Shown: piece by piece, positions 1-10,869 of the stretch
Layout: the number at the start of each line of letters is the position of its first letter
Position numbering within the stretch: position 1 is the stretch's first letter
NCBI RefSeq assembly: GCF_006345805.1
Contig: NW_021836030.1
Span: forward strand, 1-25,604
Length of the DNA stretch: 25,604 nt
Reading direction: 5' to 3'
Source of the DNA: Octopus sinensis
Lineage: Eukaryota
Notes under the pieces: generated by a model
The model's database searches: none
What the model was told of the DNA's origin: nothing
Seen by the model: the letters and a program-made list of their open reading frames with translations, nothing else
Translations under genes and position numbers: made by a program

Positions 1-1654
1 CTTTGTCTGAAGTCTTTCAATATGATGTCTGGCCTATTTGCATCTATCTTTCTATCAGTTTGAATGGTGAAGTTCCAGAGGAGTGAGATGTGGCATTTTC
101 AAGCACTGGAGGTGGATTGTGTTCCCCCCAGTTTTTTTTCATGGGGCAAATCCAGGTTTTTGCAGTGAATATATTGTGCAGTTCTATCATGCCTGTTGAG
201 GTACTCTGTAGGCGCTAGAAGACTGCATTTGGAGACGACATTTGGTTCATTTTGTGTCGGCATACACGACATGTTGGCTACTGCCCTTCTTTAATATGTT
301 GGCCTGGTAGTTCTTGTTGGTAGGCATTGATCTTGAGCTGCTATGATAACCCTTCTGTTTCAGATTTTTAGCCAGAGGCCATTAGCCATTGATGGGTCAG
401 GGCTTGTCAATATCTACATTATTCGCTCTCTTTGGGTATTTGCCATAGAGAGATTTTCTTGCCATTTATTGTCAGAATATCTAAGGCCGCAGTTTTTGGC
501 ACGGGTTTTCATGCGCCTAGCTTTTTCTGTGCTTGTTTCTTGTATGTTTATCTCTAATTCCGAAATGGGTTGTATTCGGAATTCACTTAGATGTACTTTG
601 CCTGTTTTGTCACTGAGTATGATGCTTTCGTGTTTTCATGTTTTGAAACAAGTTTTAACATCCAGTCCTCAGACTTTTTCAGGTAGGTGTCTAGGCCATT
701 GCGCAATCTTCATCGTTATTGCCAGTTCAAAAAGACCACGTCTTCCTCTTTTTCTTGGCAGATAAATTCGTTCTGTATCTGCCTTAGGGTGGTGCATTCT
801 ATGCATTGTCAACAGTTTTCTTATTTTTCCGTCAGCTGACATATTTCAGTAATTGACCAGTTAACGATATTGAAACTGTAAGTCACGACTGGTATGGCTA
901 ATGCATTGATCGCTTCGATCCTGTTTCTTGCATTCAGCTCTGTCTTGAGTATTGCTCTCACTCTTCGATAGCATTCTCTCCTGATCATTTCCTTCATCTC
1001 TGAATGCCTTATTCCGTTCCCTTCAATTACTCTAGGTACTTGTAGCTCTCCGCTGGGTCTAGTTCTTTTAGACATTCTGCTGGTCAATGTTAACGTTAGA
1101 TTTTTCTGTCATTTTTCCTTTGATAAAGGGACTTTTGCACATTTATCGAGGCCGAATTGCATTCTGATGTCGTCACTGAATTTTTTTACTAATCGCTAGT
1201 AAGCCCTTGAGTTGTTGGTCATTTTTTGCAAAAAGCTTTAAATCATCCATGTAAATGAGATGATTTATATTTTTATCAAACATTTTATACCCGTACCGCG
1301 CGTCATTGAGCAATTTTGAGAGAGGCATTAAGGCTCAACAAAAGTGGAGTGGTGACAGTGAGTCACCCTGGAAAATGCACACGAAATTTTTACATCACCA
1401 CATTTAGGGATTCATTGTCACTCTTCAGAGTTAGTGTGGTTCTCCATGATCTCATACTTACAGTCAAAAAGTTTCGCAGAGTAGGTGGCTATCTTTCAAT
1501 TTCCAGGCATTTCCTAATCCAGCTATGTGGTAGGCTATCAAAAGTCTTTTTATAGTCTATATAGGCTATTGATGATTTTTTGTGTCGTTTGTGGACAATC
1601 TTCTTAGATCATCTTATTGATGAGTGTAGTTGATCTTTACGCAGTGTAGGATCC
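1..1654 (-). mobile_element. R4/Dong-clade non-LTR retrotransposon fragment D1 (RT to restriction-like endonuclease), degenerate, 5'-truncated, runs off the left edge
   Basis: Minus-strand translation across frameshifts gives KDQL, IDYKKTFDSLPHSWI, IFQGDSLSPL, NHLIYMDDLKLF (YMDD at 1242-1253), MQFGLDKC, MHHPKADTERIYLPRKRG, CRVC...EYLNRHD and ANRPDII (REL). The 5' end abuts the (TTA)n tract at 1655. Confidence 0.93.
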
Positions 1655-1712
1655 TATTATTATATTTGTTGTTGTTGCTGTTGTTGTTGTTGTTATTATT
1701 TTATATTTATTA

Positions 1713-1753
<41 letters not shown>

Positions 1754-1789
1754 TATTATTATATTATTATTATTATTATTATTATCATC
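1655..1789. repeat. (TTA)n/(TTG)n microsatellite
   Basis: Direct inspection; source of the poly-L/I/Y ORF 1630-1851. Confidence 0.97.
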
Positions 1790-2644
1790 GTCATTTACTT
1801 TTAATCTGCATGTTTGATGCAATCACCTGCCGGGGCACACCCAGCGCCTAGGGCAAGTGAAGGTTAAGAGTTGTTGAAATATAGCTGAAAGCTTGGGGAG
1901 GGGAAGTAGAGAAATATCTCCATGTAATACAAACACAAACATTTACATTGATAGGGTTTTTCTAAGGATGTGGGCAGTACTTGTTAGCACAATCTTTTGG
2001 ATTTCCTTGAGACATGGTTCCAGGGATATTTTCTAGGTGTTTCTGACATCCCTTTTTTATCATACCTAGGGCACCTACAATAACAGGAAACATTTTTGTT
2101 TTAAGATTCCACATCTTTTGTATTTCGATTTCCAGGTCCTTATATTACTAAGATTGTCAAATTCTTTACAGATACATTTTATCAGTGGGGACGCTTACCT
2201 CTATTAGTCTGCAGGTATTTTCTTCCCTGTCTTTAACAATTATGTCTGGTCGATTAGCCTTGATCATTTGTCGGTTGACTGGAAAATCCCAGAGGATGGT
2301 GACATCTTTACCTTCAACAACTGGCTGAGGATGGTGTTCATACCAGTTAGCAGGAGTGTCGGATTTGTAGTGTTTACATATCTTCCAATGTATATACTGT
2401 CCTACCCTATCGTGGCGATTTTTGTATTCGTTTGTGTCAGCACAGGACATCCCGAAACGAGATGGTCTATTGTTTCGTCAAATGTGTCGCAGAATCTGCA
2501 TTTAGGGTCAGTACGTTTCGGAGAACGTTAGCCTGGTAATTCTGGTAAACAAGCTTTGATCTTGTGCTGCCATTATGAAACCTTCAGTCTCTGCTTTCAA
2601 TCCTGAATCTTCAGCCACTGAGGGTTGTTGCTTGGTCTACATCA

Positions 2645-2645
<1 letters not shown>
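1790..2645 (-). mobile_element. R4/Dong-clade LINE 3' fragment D2 (CCHC knuckle, REL endonuclease, 3' UTR, TAA tail)
   Basis: SGLKAETEGFIMAAQDQSL, CRFCDTFDETIDHLVSGC, RHDRVGQYIHWKIC, NRPDIIVKD...IEVSVP, PVIVGALGMIKKG, ILRKTLSM* (stop 1943-1945), then a UTR ending in (TAA)n. Several frameshifts. Confidence 0.93.
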
Positions 2646-2683
<38 letters not shown>

Positions 2684-2768
2684 GTTGTTGTTGTGTTGTT
2701 GTTGTTGTTGTGTTGTGTTGTTGCTGCTGCTGTTGTTGTGTTGTTTAGTTGTTGTTGTATTATTATTA

Positions 2769-2799
<31 letters not shown>

Positions 2800-2882
2800 G
2801 TTATTACTATTATTATTATATTATTATTATATTATTATTATTATTATTATTATTATATTATTATTATTTTATTATTATTTTA
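2646..2882. repeat. (TTA)n/(TTG)n microsatellite
   Basis: Direct inspection. Confidence 0.97.
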
Positions 2883-2884
2883 AA

Positions 2885-3100
2885 TAGGAGGCATGTAGGC
2901 AGAATTGTGAGCAAGCCGTTTAAAAATGCTTAGCGGCATATCTTCTGTTTTTACGTTCTGAGTTCAAATTTCTCCGAGATAGACTTTGCCTTCATCCTTT
3001 CAGGCTCGAGAAGATAGGTACCAGCTGAACACTGGAGTCGATGTATCGACTTAGCCTTTTCAGAAACTGCTGACCTTGTGCCAAAAATTTGAAATCAATA
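2885..3100 (+). mobile_element. tRNA-derived SINE (family A), degenerate
   Basis: A-box-like GGCAGAATTGTGAGC and B-box GAGTTCAAATT; colinear with the copy at 3779-3982 (GACTTTGCCTT-CATCCTTT, GATGTA-TCGACTTA, TGACCTTGT); ends in (ATT)n. Confidence 0.8.
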
Positions 3101-3208
3101 TTATTATTGTGCCCGAAACAGAAATTATTATTACCATTATTAATATTGTTATTATTGTTATTATTAATATTATATATTATTATTATATTATTATTATTAT
3201 TATTATTA

Positions 3209-3243
<35 letters not shown>

Positions 3244-3273
3244 TATATTATTATATTATTATTATTATTAATT
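3101..3273. repeat. (TTA)n microsatellite
   Basis: Direct inspection. Confidence 0.97.
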
Positions 3274-3473
3274 TATGTTTGACTTTTGCTTTATATTTGT
3301 ACAAGTGACACCAAGTCACCCAGAGAGACCTCAAGAGACAACAAGTTAGAGTTCAAGTTGTATTATGCTTAGAGTGCATACATTTGGTTTTGTACCTAGT
3401 ATTGTTCTAGAGAATGCTTAAGAAACATAAGAAAATTGTAATGTTTTTAAAACTTGGGGGTTTCCTGGTATCT
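3274..3473 (-). mobile_element. Probable R4/Dong LINE 3' UTR fragment D3
   Basis: Minus strand starts with an IPGNP-like codon run (compare the IPG near the D2 C-terminus), carries the same 3' stem-loop motif class (GAGGTCTCTCTGGGTGAC) and ends ...AAAGTCAAACATAAATTAATAAT; (TAA)n on both sides. Confidence 0.6.
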
Positions 3474-3564
3474 AATATTATATTATTATTATTATTATTA
3501 TTATATTATTATTATTTATTATTATTATTATTATAATTATTATTATTATTATTATTATTATTAA

Positions 3565-3595
<31 letters not shown>

Positions 3596-3626
3596 GTTAT
3601 TATTAGTATATATAATAATAATAATA

Positions 3627-3667
<41 letters not shown>

Positions 3668-3778
3668 GTTACTATTATTATTATTATAATTATTATTTTA
3701 TTATTATAATTATTATTATTATTATTATTAATATTATTATTATTATATTATTATTATTATTATTTTATTATTATTATT
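3474..3778. repeat. (TTA)n microsatellite with a short inverted (TAA) patch near 3612-3628
   Basis: Direct inspection. Confidence 0.97.
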
Positions 3779-3982
3779 AAGGCGGTGAGCTGCCAGAATT
3801 TTAGCACTCCGGACGAATGTTTAGCGGTATCGTCTGCCGCTACGTTTTTTGAATTCAAATCCGCCGGGGTCGACTTCGCCTTTCATCCTTTCAGATCTAT
3901 AAAATAGGTAAACAGTTACGCATTGGGTTCGATGTAATTGACTTAATCCCGCCCCACCAAAACTGACCTTGTTAGCAAAAAT
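3779..3982 (+). mobile_element. tRNA-derived SINE (family A)
   Basis: Starts AAGGCGGTGAGCTGCCAGAATTTTAGC (A-box-like), B-box-like GAATTCAAATCCG, colinear with 2885-3100, flanked by (TTA)n. Confidence 0.82.
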
Positions 3983-4079
3983 TATTATTATTATTATTAT
4001 TATTATCATTGTTGTTGTTGTTGTTGATGTATTATTATTATTTTATTATTATTATTTCTTATTATTATTTTTTTTTTTT
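3983..4079. repeat. (TTA)n/(TTG)n tract with poly-T (tail of D4)
   Basis: Direct inspection. Confidence 0.9.
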
Positions 4080-4520
4080 CTTCTTTCAAATTTGCTTCCA
4101 TTTTGCCGAGTGTCTTCCGACTCCTAGGGCAAGAGAAACTCATAGTGTACATTGGTAGGCCATAAACTAAACAAATGTCGTTCATTTTTTTAAGTTAAAT
4201 TAAAATACATGAGCAGCAACAGTTCTCACACTCGACAATGCTCTTCTCAATACGTTGATGTACCAGTTAAGACAAATCTTTGCACTTCTTGCAGGGTGGT
4301 AAGCCAGGGATATTCTCATATAATTTTCGGTTCCCTTTGATCATTCCTAGTGCTCCTACGATCACTGGTATTGTATCCGCCTTGAGATGCCACATTTTCT
4401 CATTTCAATGAGTAGGTCTTTATATTTTCTGAGCTTGTCAAACTCTTTCGCTGAGATATTATGATCACAGGGGATGCTCATGTCAATCAATAAGCAAACT
4501 TTATTGTTTTGGTCTTTCAA
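4080..4520 (-). mobile_element. R4/Dong-clade LINE 3' fragment D4 (REL C-terminus plus 3' UTR)
   Basis: LKDQNNKVCLLIDMSIPCDHNISAKEFDKLRKYKDLLIE, then after a frameshift KMWHLKADTIPVIVGALGMIKG; the UTR has TTGCCCTAGG as in D2; A-rich/(TAA)n tail. Confidence 0.9.
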
Positions 4521-4530
4521 ATTATTATTA

Positions 4531-4599
<69 letters not shown>

Positions 4600-4600
4600 A
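4521..4600. repeat. (TTA)n microsatellite
   Basis: Direct inspection. Confidence 0.97.
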
Positions 4601-6814
4601 TTGCCTTTGCACAGTTTCTAACACTGGAGATGTACTATAGTGTCAGCTGTTCACTACCAGTGAACTAAGGTAACACCTCTTATTTTTTGTGCACCTTCCG
4701 GAATATTTGAGGGATTCCAAGCAGTGGTCTTTCTGCAAGTGCTCCACCCTTATTGCAGCCCCAATTTCTTCCACGTACTTCTCGAGATTTTTGCTCACTG
4801 TTCCCAGGGCACCGACAGTTATTGGTACTACCGCTACCTTTTTCATCGACCTCAACTGCTTAACTTCCCAAGCTAACCTGTAACATATCTCGACTTTTCT
4901 TTCTACCTTATCGCATATCTCTTTGTCAGCTGGGCATGCTATGTCTATGATCCAGCATAGCTTGTTTTCTTTCCTAATTAAGACTATGGCCGGCTTCCTA
5001 TTCTAAATATCATGGTCGCTCTGAATCATAAAATCCTATCGGATCTTTATATTTCTATTTTCGACGATGCCTTCAGGTTTCTGGTCGTACCAATTTTTTG
5101 CTCTGTCAAGTCCATACTTGTTGCAAAGTGTCCAACGGACAAGCCTGGCTACATTGTCGTGGCGTCTCTTATAATCCTTCTGGGCTAATGGCGTACATTG
5201 GCTGGTAATATGCCATACGGTTTCACCGTTTTGTCCACAGATTCTGCACTTATAACTTTCTGATGTGTTGTCTATTCTGTATTTTATATAGTTTGTTCTT
5301 AGTGCTTGCTTGTGAGCAGCACAGATTAGAGCCTCAGTTTCCGGTTTTAAATCCCTTTTAGTCATCCACAGCCATCTTTTTTCTCTGTCTGTCTTATCTT
5401 CAACATCCCTATGAAATTGTCCATGCATTCTTTTATTTACCCATATATTTTCAGTTTTATTCATTTTCAATTTCTTGTACAATGCTTTATCTTTGCAATC
5501 TTTCATCCTATACAAGCCTAAGCTTTTACTTCTAATAACTGCGGTTCTGTGGCATTTTTTACATACCATGCTATGCTGTTTTCTTCTGCTCTAATGCTGT
5601 ACTCGCATCCAATAAGTCCTCTTGCTCCTTCTTTTTCTTGGTACATACAGTCTGCCTGTGTCACTTTTTGGGTGGAGTCACCCATATCTTTGTCTTTCTG
5701 TCTATGCTGTTTAATTCGCCTATAGTCCATGCGATTACTCCTGCTCCATATCTAAAGAGTGAAACCGTCCAGGTGTTGATAGCTTTGATCTTATTCTGTT
5801 CCTTTAATTTCGACTTTTGGATAAGTCTCAGTCTGTGCAAGTGCTCCACCTTAAGTTTCTCTCTCGTTTCTTTCTCCATCAATTTATTCATTTCCAAAAT
5901 CCTCAAGTATTTATAGCCCGTCTCTTCTATCTGCATCATAACCTCTCCCGACGATATCGTTAGCTCGTCCATACATTTTGATTTTGCCTCTCTTCAAGAT
6001 CAGCATTCCACACTTTCTCAGTCCGAACTCGATTCTGTTATCAGCACTGAAAGTATACACCGTATCAACGAAGGAACTGACTTGGGCTTCATCTTTACCA
6101 TAAAATTTGAGGTCATCCATGAATACCAAATGGTTGATTTTTTGTTGGCGGCGTTTGAACACATATTCAGCTTTCGATTTCCTCAGAATCAGAGTTAGTG
6201 GTATCAAGTAAAGTACAAATATCAGTGGTGACAGGCAGTTCCCTTGGAAGATGCCCCTCCTAATTTCTACTCTCCCTAAACTTCTGTATGCTTCTTCCGT
6301 CCTCCAATTCGCCATACTTTTTCCATGCAATCGCTCAACATTCGATTCAATACCAAATAGCTTCATACACTCCATAATCCAAGAATGTGGGATCATATCG
6401 TACGCCTTACGATAGTCGATCCATGACGTGGCTAAGTTACATTTCCTCCTCTTGCAGTCTTTAAATGCAGGGTTGTCTATCAGGAGTTGATCCTTGGTAC
6501 CTCTGTACTTAGGCATGCAAACCTTCTGCTTATGTGGTAGGAATCCATTTTTTCCTAAATGTTCGTACATTGACTCTGCGAGTATTCCAGTCAATAATTT
6601 CCACATAAGTGGCAAACAGGATATCGGCCTGTAATTGTCTACTGTATTGCTTTTTCGATGTTTTTCAAGCACAGCACTGTCCTACCCAATGTCAACCACA
6701 CTGGTGTTGCTTGGTCTGCATTTAACAAGGTGTTGAGTTGCGCAGCTATTCGGGCATGACATTCACCAAATCTTTTGACCCAGTAGATTTGAACTCAACT
6801 GGTCCCGGGGCCTT
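4601..6814 (-). mobile_element. R4/Dong-clade LINE D5 (RT through REL and 3' UTR), different subfamily from D1/D2/D4, degenerate
   Basis: [107 protein letters not shown] (catalytic D replaced by A), IDIACP, VPITVGALG; multiple frameshifts. Confidence 0.95.
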
Positions 6815-9110
6815 GCTTGGAAGGGGAATGGGTCGACGATGGTACTGGACTTTAGCTCGTACATGGGCGGCTTGCCATGAATCTCAGTAGCTGACGCTAG
6901 GTTATGTGAAAGGTCGATAACAGTCGCTGAAATTCGGGAGGCTAAGAGCGATTGCACTCGATTTGGATGGTCTGCCCGACGAACTCTATGTATTCATGCG
7001 ACTAGCAGCAGAATGGGAGAATTCTTAGTGCAGTTAGCAGAGATGTGATGACACTGCTGAGGAAGGACGCCGACAAAGGGGGCGTACTAAATAATCTTTT
7101 GTCCATAACTCTGCTAAATACCGAGTTTAAGATTTTGTCCAAGATGTTAGCGAAAAGGTTGGCGCATGTCGTCGGTAGTGTGGTCGGAGAAGCACAAACG
7201 TGCGCAGTCCCGAGCAGGTTTGTCTACAACAACTTCCACCCTATGTGATACATCATAGAGAGGGCTGGGACCACAATTGGCTTCCAGGACGCTCTGATCC
7301 ATTTGGATCAATCATAAAGCATTTGATAGAGTAGACCATCACTACTTGGAAGCCGTCCTGAAAGCACGCGGTTTCGGACCAGTTTTCAGAGACTGGACCG
7401 CTGCATTGCACAGCGGCACCTGTTCAGTGGTCAAAATAAAGGCCACTTATCGGAGCCATTTGGTATCACACGCTCGGTCCATCAGGGCTGCCCGCGGTTG
7501 CCTCTTCTATACGTATTGGCACTCGAACCACTGTGGAGGACCCTGGAACAGTTAAGTGGCATCCCTTTCGAACTGGGACAAAGAAGGGCAGTGTCCCCAT
7601 AGGTGGACGATGTCACCGTCATGGTATCGGACTCCTCCGAAGCAGAGACGATCGGCACCATCCTAAAGGAATATGAGTCAGCTGCAGGGGTTAAAATCAA
7701 CGCTGACAAATCGGTTAGTTTGCTGTTGGACTCCTGGGGAGGCTGTACGATGCCATCGTACGGCTTCAGCGGACGCTGGACCGACGGACGAGTTAAAGTG
7801 CTCGGGGTCTGGTTTGGTTCCGACCTTCAAGTTGATAAGAACTAGGACGAGGTGGCGAACAGCGTTGCCAGTCTTACCTAGAAATGGGCTGAGAGGAAGC
7901 TGTCCCTGAAAAGTCGGGCAGTGGTGGCGAATGATTACATCGCCTCCATTATCATTTATCGCCTGACCGTTGTGCATTATCCCGGTAACTGCTTGACCAT
8001 GTTGGAACGTCTCTTATTTAAATTCTTGTGGAAGGGACTCGTTCAAATGGTCAGGCGATCAATCCATTGCTAGCATCCTCTGAGTGGCGGATTAGGTATG
8101 CTGTGGCTCCCAATGCAAAGACCCACGCTTAGGTTACACCACCTGCAGCGATTTCTGGACGGTAGGCGTGTGTGGGCTCCGTTTGTGAAGCTCGTCTTTC
8201 CGCAGCTCGTCTCCTTGACGGAACTGCGGTCCTGGGTGAAGAAAAGACCGTCTGGAACCTAGAATGTCGTTAGGTGGTCACAGCCCTCTTTCAGTCGGGC
8301 AATGGGATCGGTCGATGTACCGATTTACACATTTATAGGAGATTAGTAGTGGGGGAAGTGCGACGACGTTCTCGGGGAGACTCTGGACGCCGACGAGAAC
8401 GAACTGATAAATCTGTTCCGGAGGACTTCCAGTCGGGAACTATTATGGATAATTTCCAGATGCCCTTGGCCTGGCAGTGCTAACGGGGAGCGCTACTGGT
8501 TCGAGATAACCTCTACATGTTCGGAGGTGCTGTCAGACGGACTTGTCCGAGGTGGCGCAGAGTGACGAAACCATTCTTCACGCACTCGTTCAGTGTCCGG
8601 GCATTGTTGTCTTCTGGGATTATGTTGAACAGCTACGGCCACATGTGGGGCGGATCCGTCTGTCGGTCTGTAGTAATGATTGCGGCGCCGCCCTCCTTCA
8701 ATCGGGCAGGCAGGGCAGTTTTCCTTTACTTGGTGGCTGTGGCGAAAGAGGTTGTTTGATGGACGAGGCTGAAAAGCATGAGGACAGACATATTCCAGAC
8801 ATATTGACTTTTTCAAGTTTCCCCTGAAAAAGAAATTGCGAATGGAGAGAGAAATGCTGTCGTGGAATGAGTTTATTGAAAAGTGGGAGAAAGGTGCGAA
8901 AATGGCAACAGTTGATGGCAGGCCTGAGAGTCGGAGACAAGGAATTGGCGAGGGCACTTGGTCTTGGTGTTTCAGAGAAATCTCAGACAGTGGGGTTCCT
9001 CGATCATTCCTAGAGGCGTTCCTGTATCAGGAGGGACACATCTCTATCATCATCCTCGATGCATATGTCCCTAAGCAGCAGCGGCACTTTGTTACCCTAA
9101 GTTCGCTATT
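6815..9110 (+). mobile_element. L1/Tx1-clade LINE copy A (RT, zf-RVT region, partial 3' UTR), heavily decayed, 5'-truncated
   Basis: LDGLPDELY, TLLNTEFKILSKMLAKRL, QTCAVPSR, AFDRVDH, HQGCP..PLLYVLALEP, *VDDVTV (YADD site has a stop at 7600-7602), KINADKS, LAWQC, TCPR..QSDETILHALVQC; colinear with copy B. The 3' boundary is approximate. Confidence 0.92.
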
Positions 9111-9146
9111 ATAACCAGACACTTCCGCTTAAGAGAAGCGGAGGGC

Positions 9147-9452
9147 GCGTGTGTGTATGTGTATGTGTGTGTTTGTGTTTGTGTGTGCGTGTGCGTGTCT
9201 ATTTGTGTGCGCGTGTGTGTATGTGTGTGTGTTGGTATTTGTGTGTGCGTGTACGTGCGTTACTTTCTGTGTTAGTGATCGTGAGTGATTGCGTCAGTGC
9301 GTGTATATGATAGTGTGAATGTGTTTGTGTGTGAGTGTGTGAGTGTGTATGTGCTCGTGTCCGTGTTAGTGAGCGGCGTACGTGTGCGCATCTGTTTGCG
9401 CATATGTTGATAAGTGTGAGCATGCGTATACGTACCAATGTACGTGCATATG
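9147..9452. repeat. Degenerate (GT)n/(GTGC)n microsatellite
   Basis: Direct inspection. Confidence 0.93.
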
Positions 9453-9749
9453 CATTCAGATTTGACTGCTTTGCTTAACTACAAATCCGCCTTCATTGTA
9501 TAGAGAGTTATGATTAAAATACGCTCCGTCAGTGCCCAACTCTTTCCCTAGACGTATCAGCCCCAGCACCACATCATCTAACGTGGGCTTTTCTAAGACG
9601 GTGCAATGTGATTTGATGAGGTTTTCATTGCTATTTCTAGAACATCGAACGCCCACTTAGAGGTCCTCTCATTAATATGTTTGTGCGCGTATCTACGTCA
9701 GTGTATACACTCATGTTGAATTTATATACTAATATAGTTTTCTATCCGC

Positions 9750-9967
9750 TTTTATTCTCTTTCAGTGATTTGACTGTGGCCATACTGGAACACCGCCTCA
9801 AAGGGATTTAGTTGAAGAAATCGACTCAAGGACTTATTCGTTTTAAGACTAGTACGTATCCTATCGATCTGTTTTGCCAAATCGCTAACGTACGGGGCTG
9901 CAAACACACCAACACTGGTTGTCAAGCGATGGTGAGGGGAGACAAACATAGGTACAAAGACACGCGC

Positions 9968-9968
<1 letters not shown>
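9750..9968 (-). mobile_element. tRNA-SINE family B, 3' half
   Basis: Reverse complement of 22590-22776 (TTTCAGTGATTTGACTGTGGCCATACTGGAACACCGCC...AAACACACCAACACTGGTTGTCAAGCGATGG). Confidence 0.88.
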
Positions 9969-10002
<34 letters not shown>

Positions 10003-10110
10003 ATATATATATTAATAATATCAGGGTAGAAAAAATTTAGAGATTTTTACTACCTGTGGCCTAGTGTGCAGAAAAATTAGTCAATAGACTATATATTATT
10101 CATATAAATA

Positions 10111-10349
10111 CAGTGTACATTTAAACACATAAGAGGTATCCACCATAGGATTCCTTGCATTCTAGAACGAATAGCCAAAATCCAAACCTCTATTAGGTAT
10201 AAACTTCGAAGGGAATGAAAAATAGTAAATGTTTTTAGTTTTCCTTCCTTTCGAACTTTATCCCTAATGGTGGTTTGGATTTTAGCTGTTCCTTCTAACG
10301 TGCCAGGAATCCTATGATGGATACCTCTTATGTGTCTAAATGTACACTG
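10111..10349. mobile_element. 239-bp fold-back MITE, Tc1/mariner type, TA target-site duplication
   Basis: TA|CAGTGTACATTTAAACACATAAGAGGTATCC... and ...GGATACCTCTTATGTGTCTAAATGTACACTG|TA; arms of about 115 bp are reverse complementary along nearly their whole length; TA at 10109-10110 and 10350-10351. Confidence 0.9.
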
Positions 10350-10353
10350 TATG

Positions 10354-10386
<33 letters not shown>

Positions 10387-10390
10387 TATA

Positions 10391-10540
10391 CGACGGGCTT
10401 CTTCCGTTTCCGTCTACCAAATCCTCTCTCAGGGCTTTGTTGGTCGGCTTAAGGCGCTAGTAGAAGATACCCAAGGTGTCTCGTAGTTCGACTGAACACG
10501 GAACTATGTGGTTGGGAAAAAAAGCTCCTTACCACACACA
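10391..10540 (-). mobile_element. tRNA-SINE family B, 5' half
   Basis: Reverse complement of 22385-22545 (CGACGGGCTTCTT..GTTTCCGTCTACCAAATCC...TAGTAGAAGA...ATGTGGTTGG...CTTACCACAC). Confidence 0.87.
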
Positions 10541-10649
10541 CACAACTTAGAGTGTATACGAAAAGTATAATGCGTGTGTTTATAAGTAGGTATGATTATT
10601 CAGGGAAAATAAATGAAATTGATACTGTAGACAAAAGGGTTTAAATTTT

Positions 10650-10790
10650 CTTAACTAACGTAACATCGATGACTCTGGAGTTATGTAGGAGTTGATTCAG
10701 GTGCGCTTTCAACGATGAGTGCTCGGTCGTTCGATCCGCTAAGATCCTACCTGTGACATTAGTACGTAAATGACTGAATATTTCACACAT
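10650..10790 (-). mobile_element. Possible Penelope-like element GIY-YIG endonuclease relic
   Basis: Minus strand reads TGRILADRTTEH...KAHLN...H, matching the (YIG)xTGRxLxxRxxEH...AxHFN...H pattern of PLE GIY-YIG domains; the YIG motif itself is disrupted. Short match only. Confidence 0.4.
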
Positions 10791-10869
10791 GTGTGGAATA
10801 ACGTGATTCGAGTGTATAATCATGACACGTTGTGACAAAGCTGCATGTTGGAATTAAAGATACAGTCCA

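Noticed and set aside
5911-6672. 253-aa RT ORF as an active reverse transcriptase
   Set aside because: Part of D5, which has several frameshifts, in-frame deletions and a D-to-A change in the REL motif.
343-8957. Antisense and alternate-frame ORFs over LINEs (e.g. 343-765, 2268-2531, 8493-8957) and poly-L/I/Y ORFs
   Set aside because: Shadow frames of retroelement coding sequence or translations of TTA/TA microsatellites.
9456-9670. 66-aa minus-strand ORF next to a (GT)n tract
   Set aside because: No recognisable domain; the DNA looks like a decayed repeat fragment that I could not assign.
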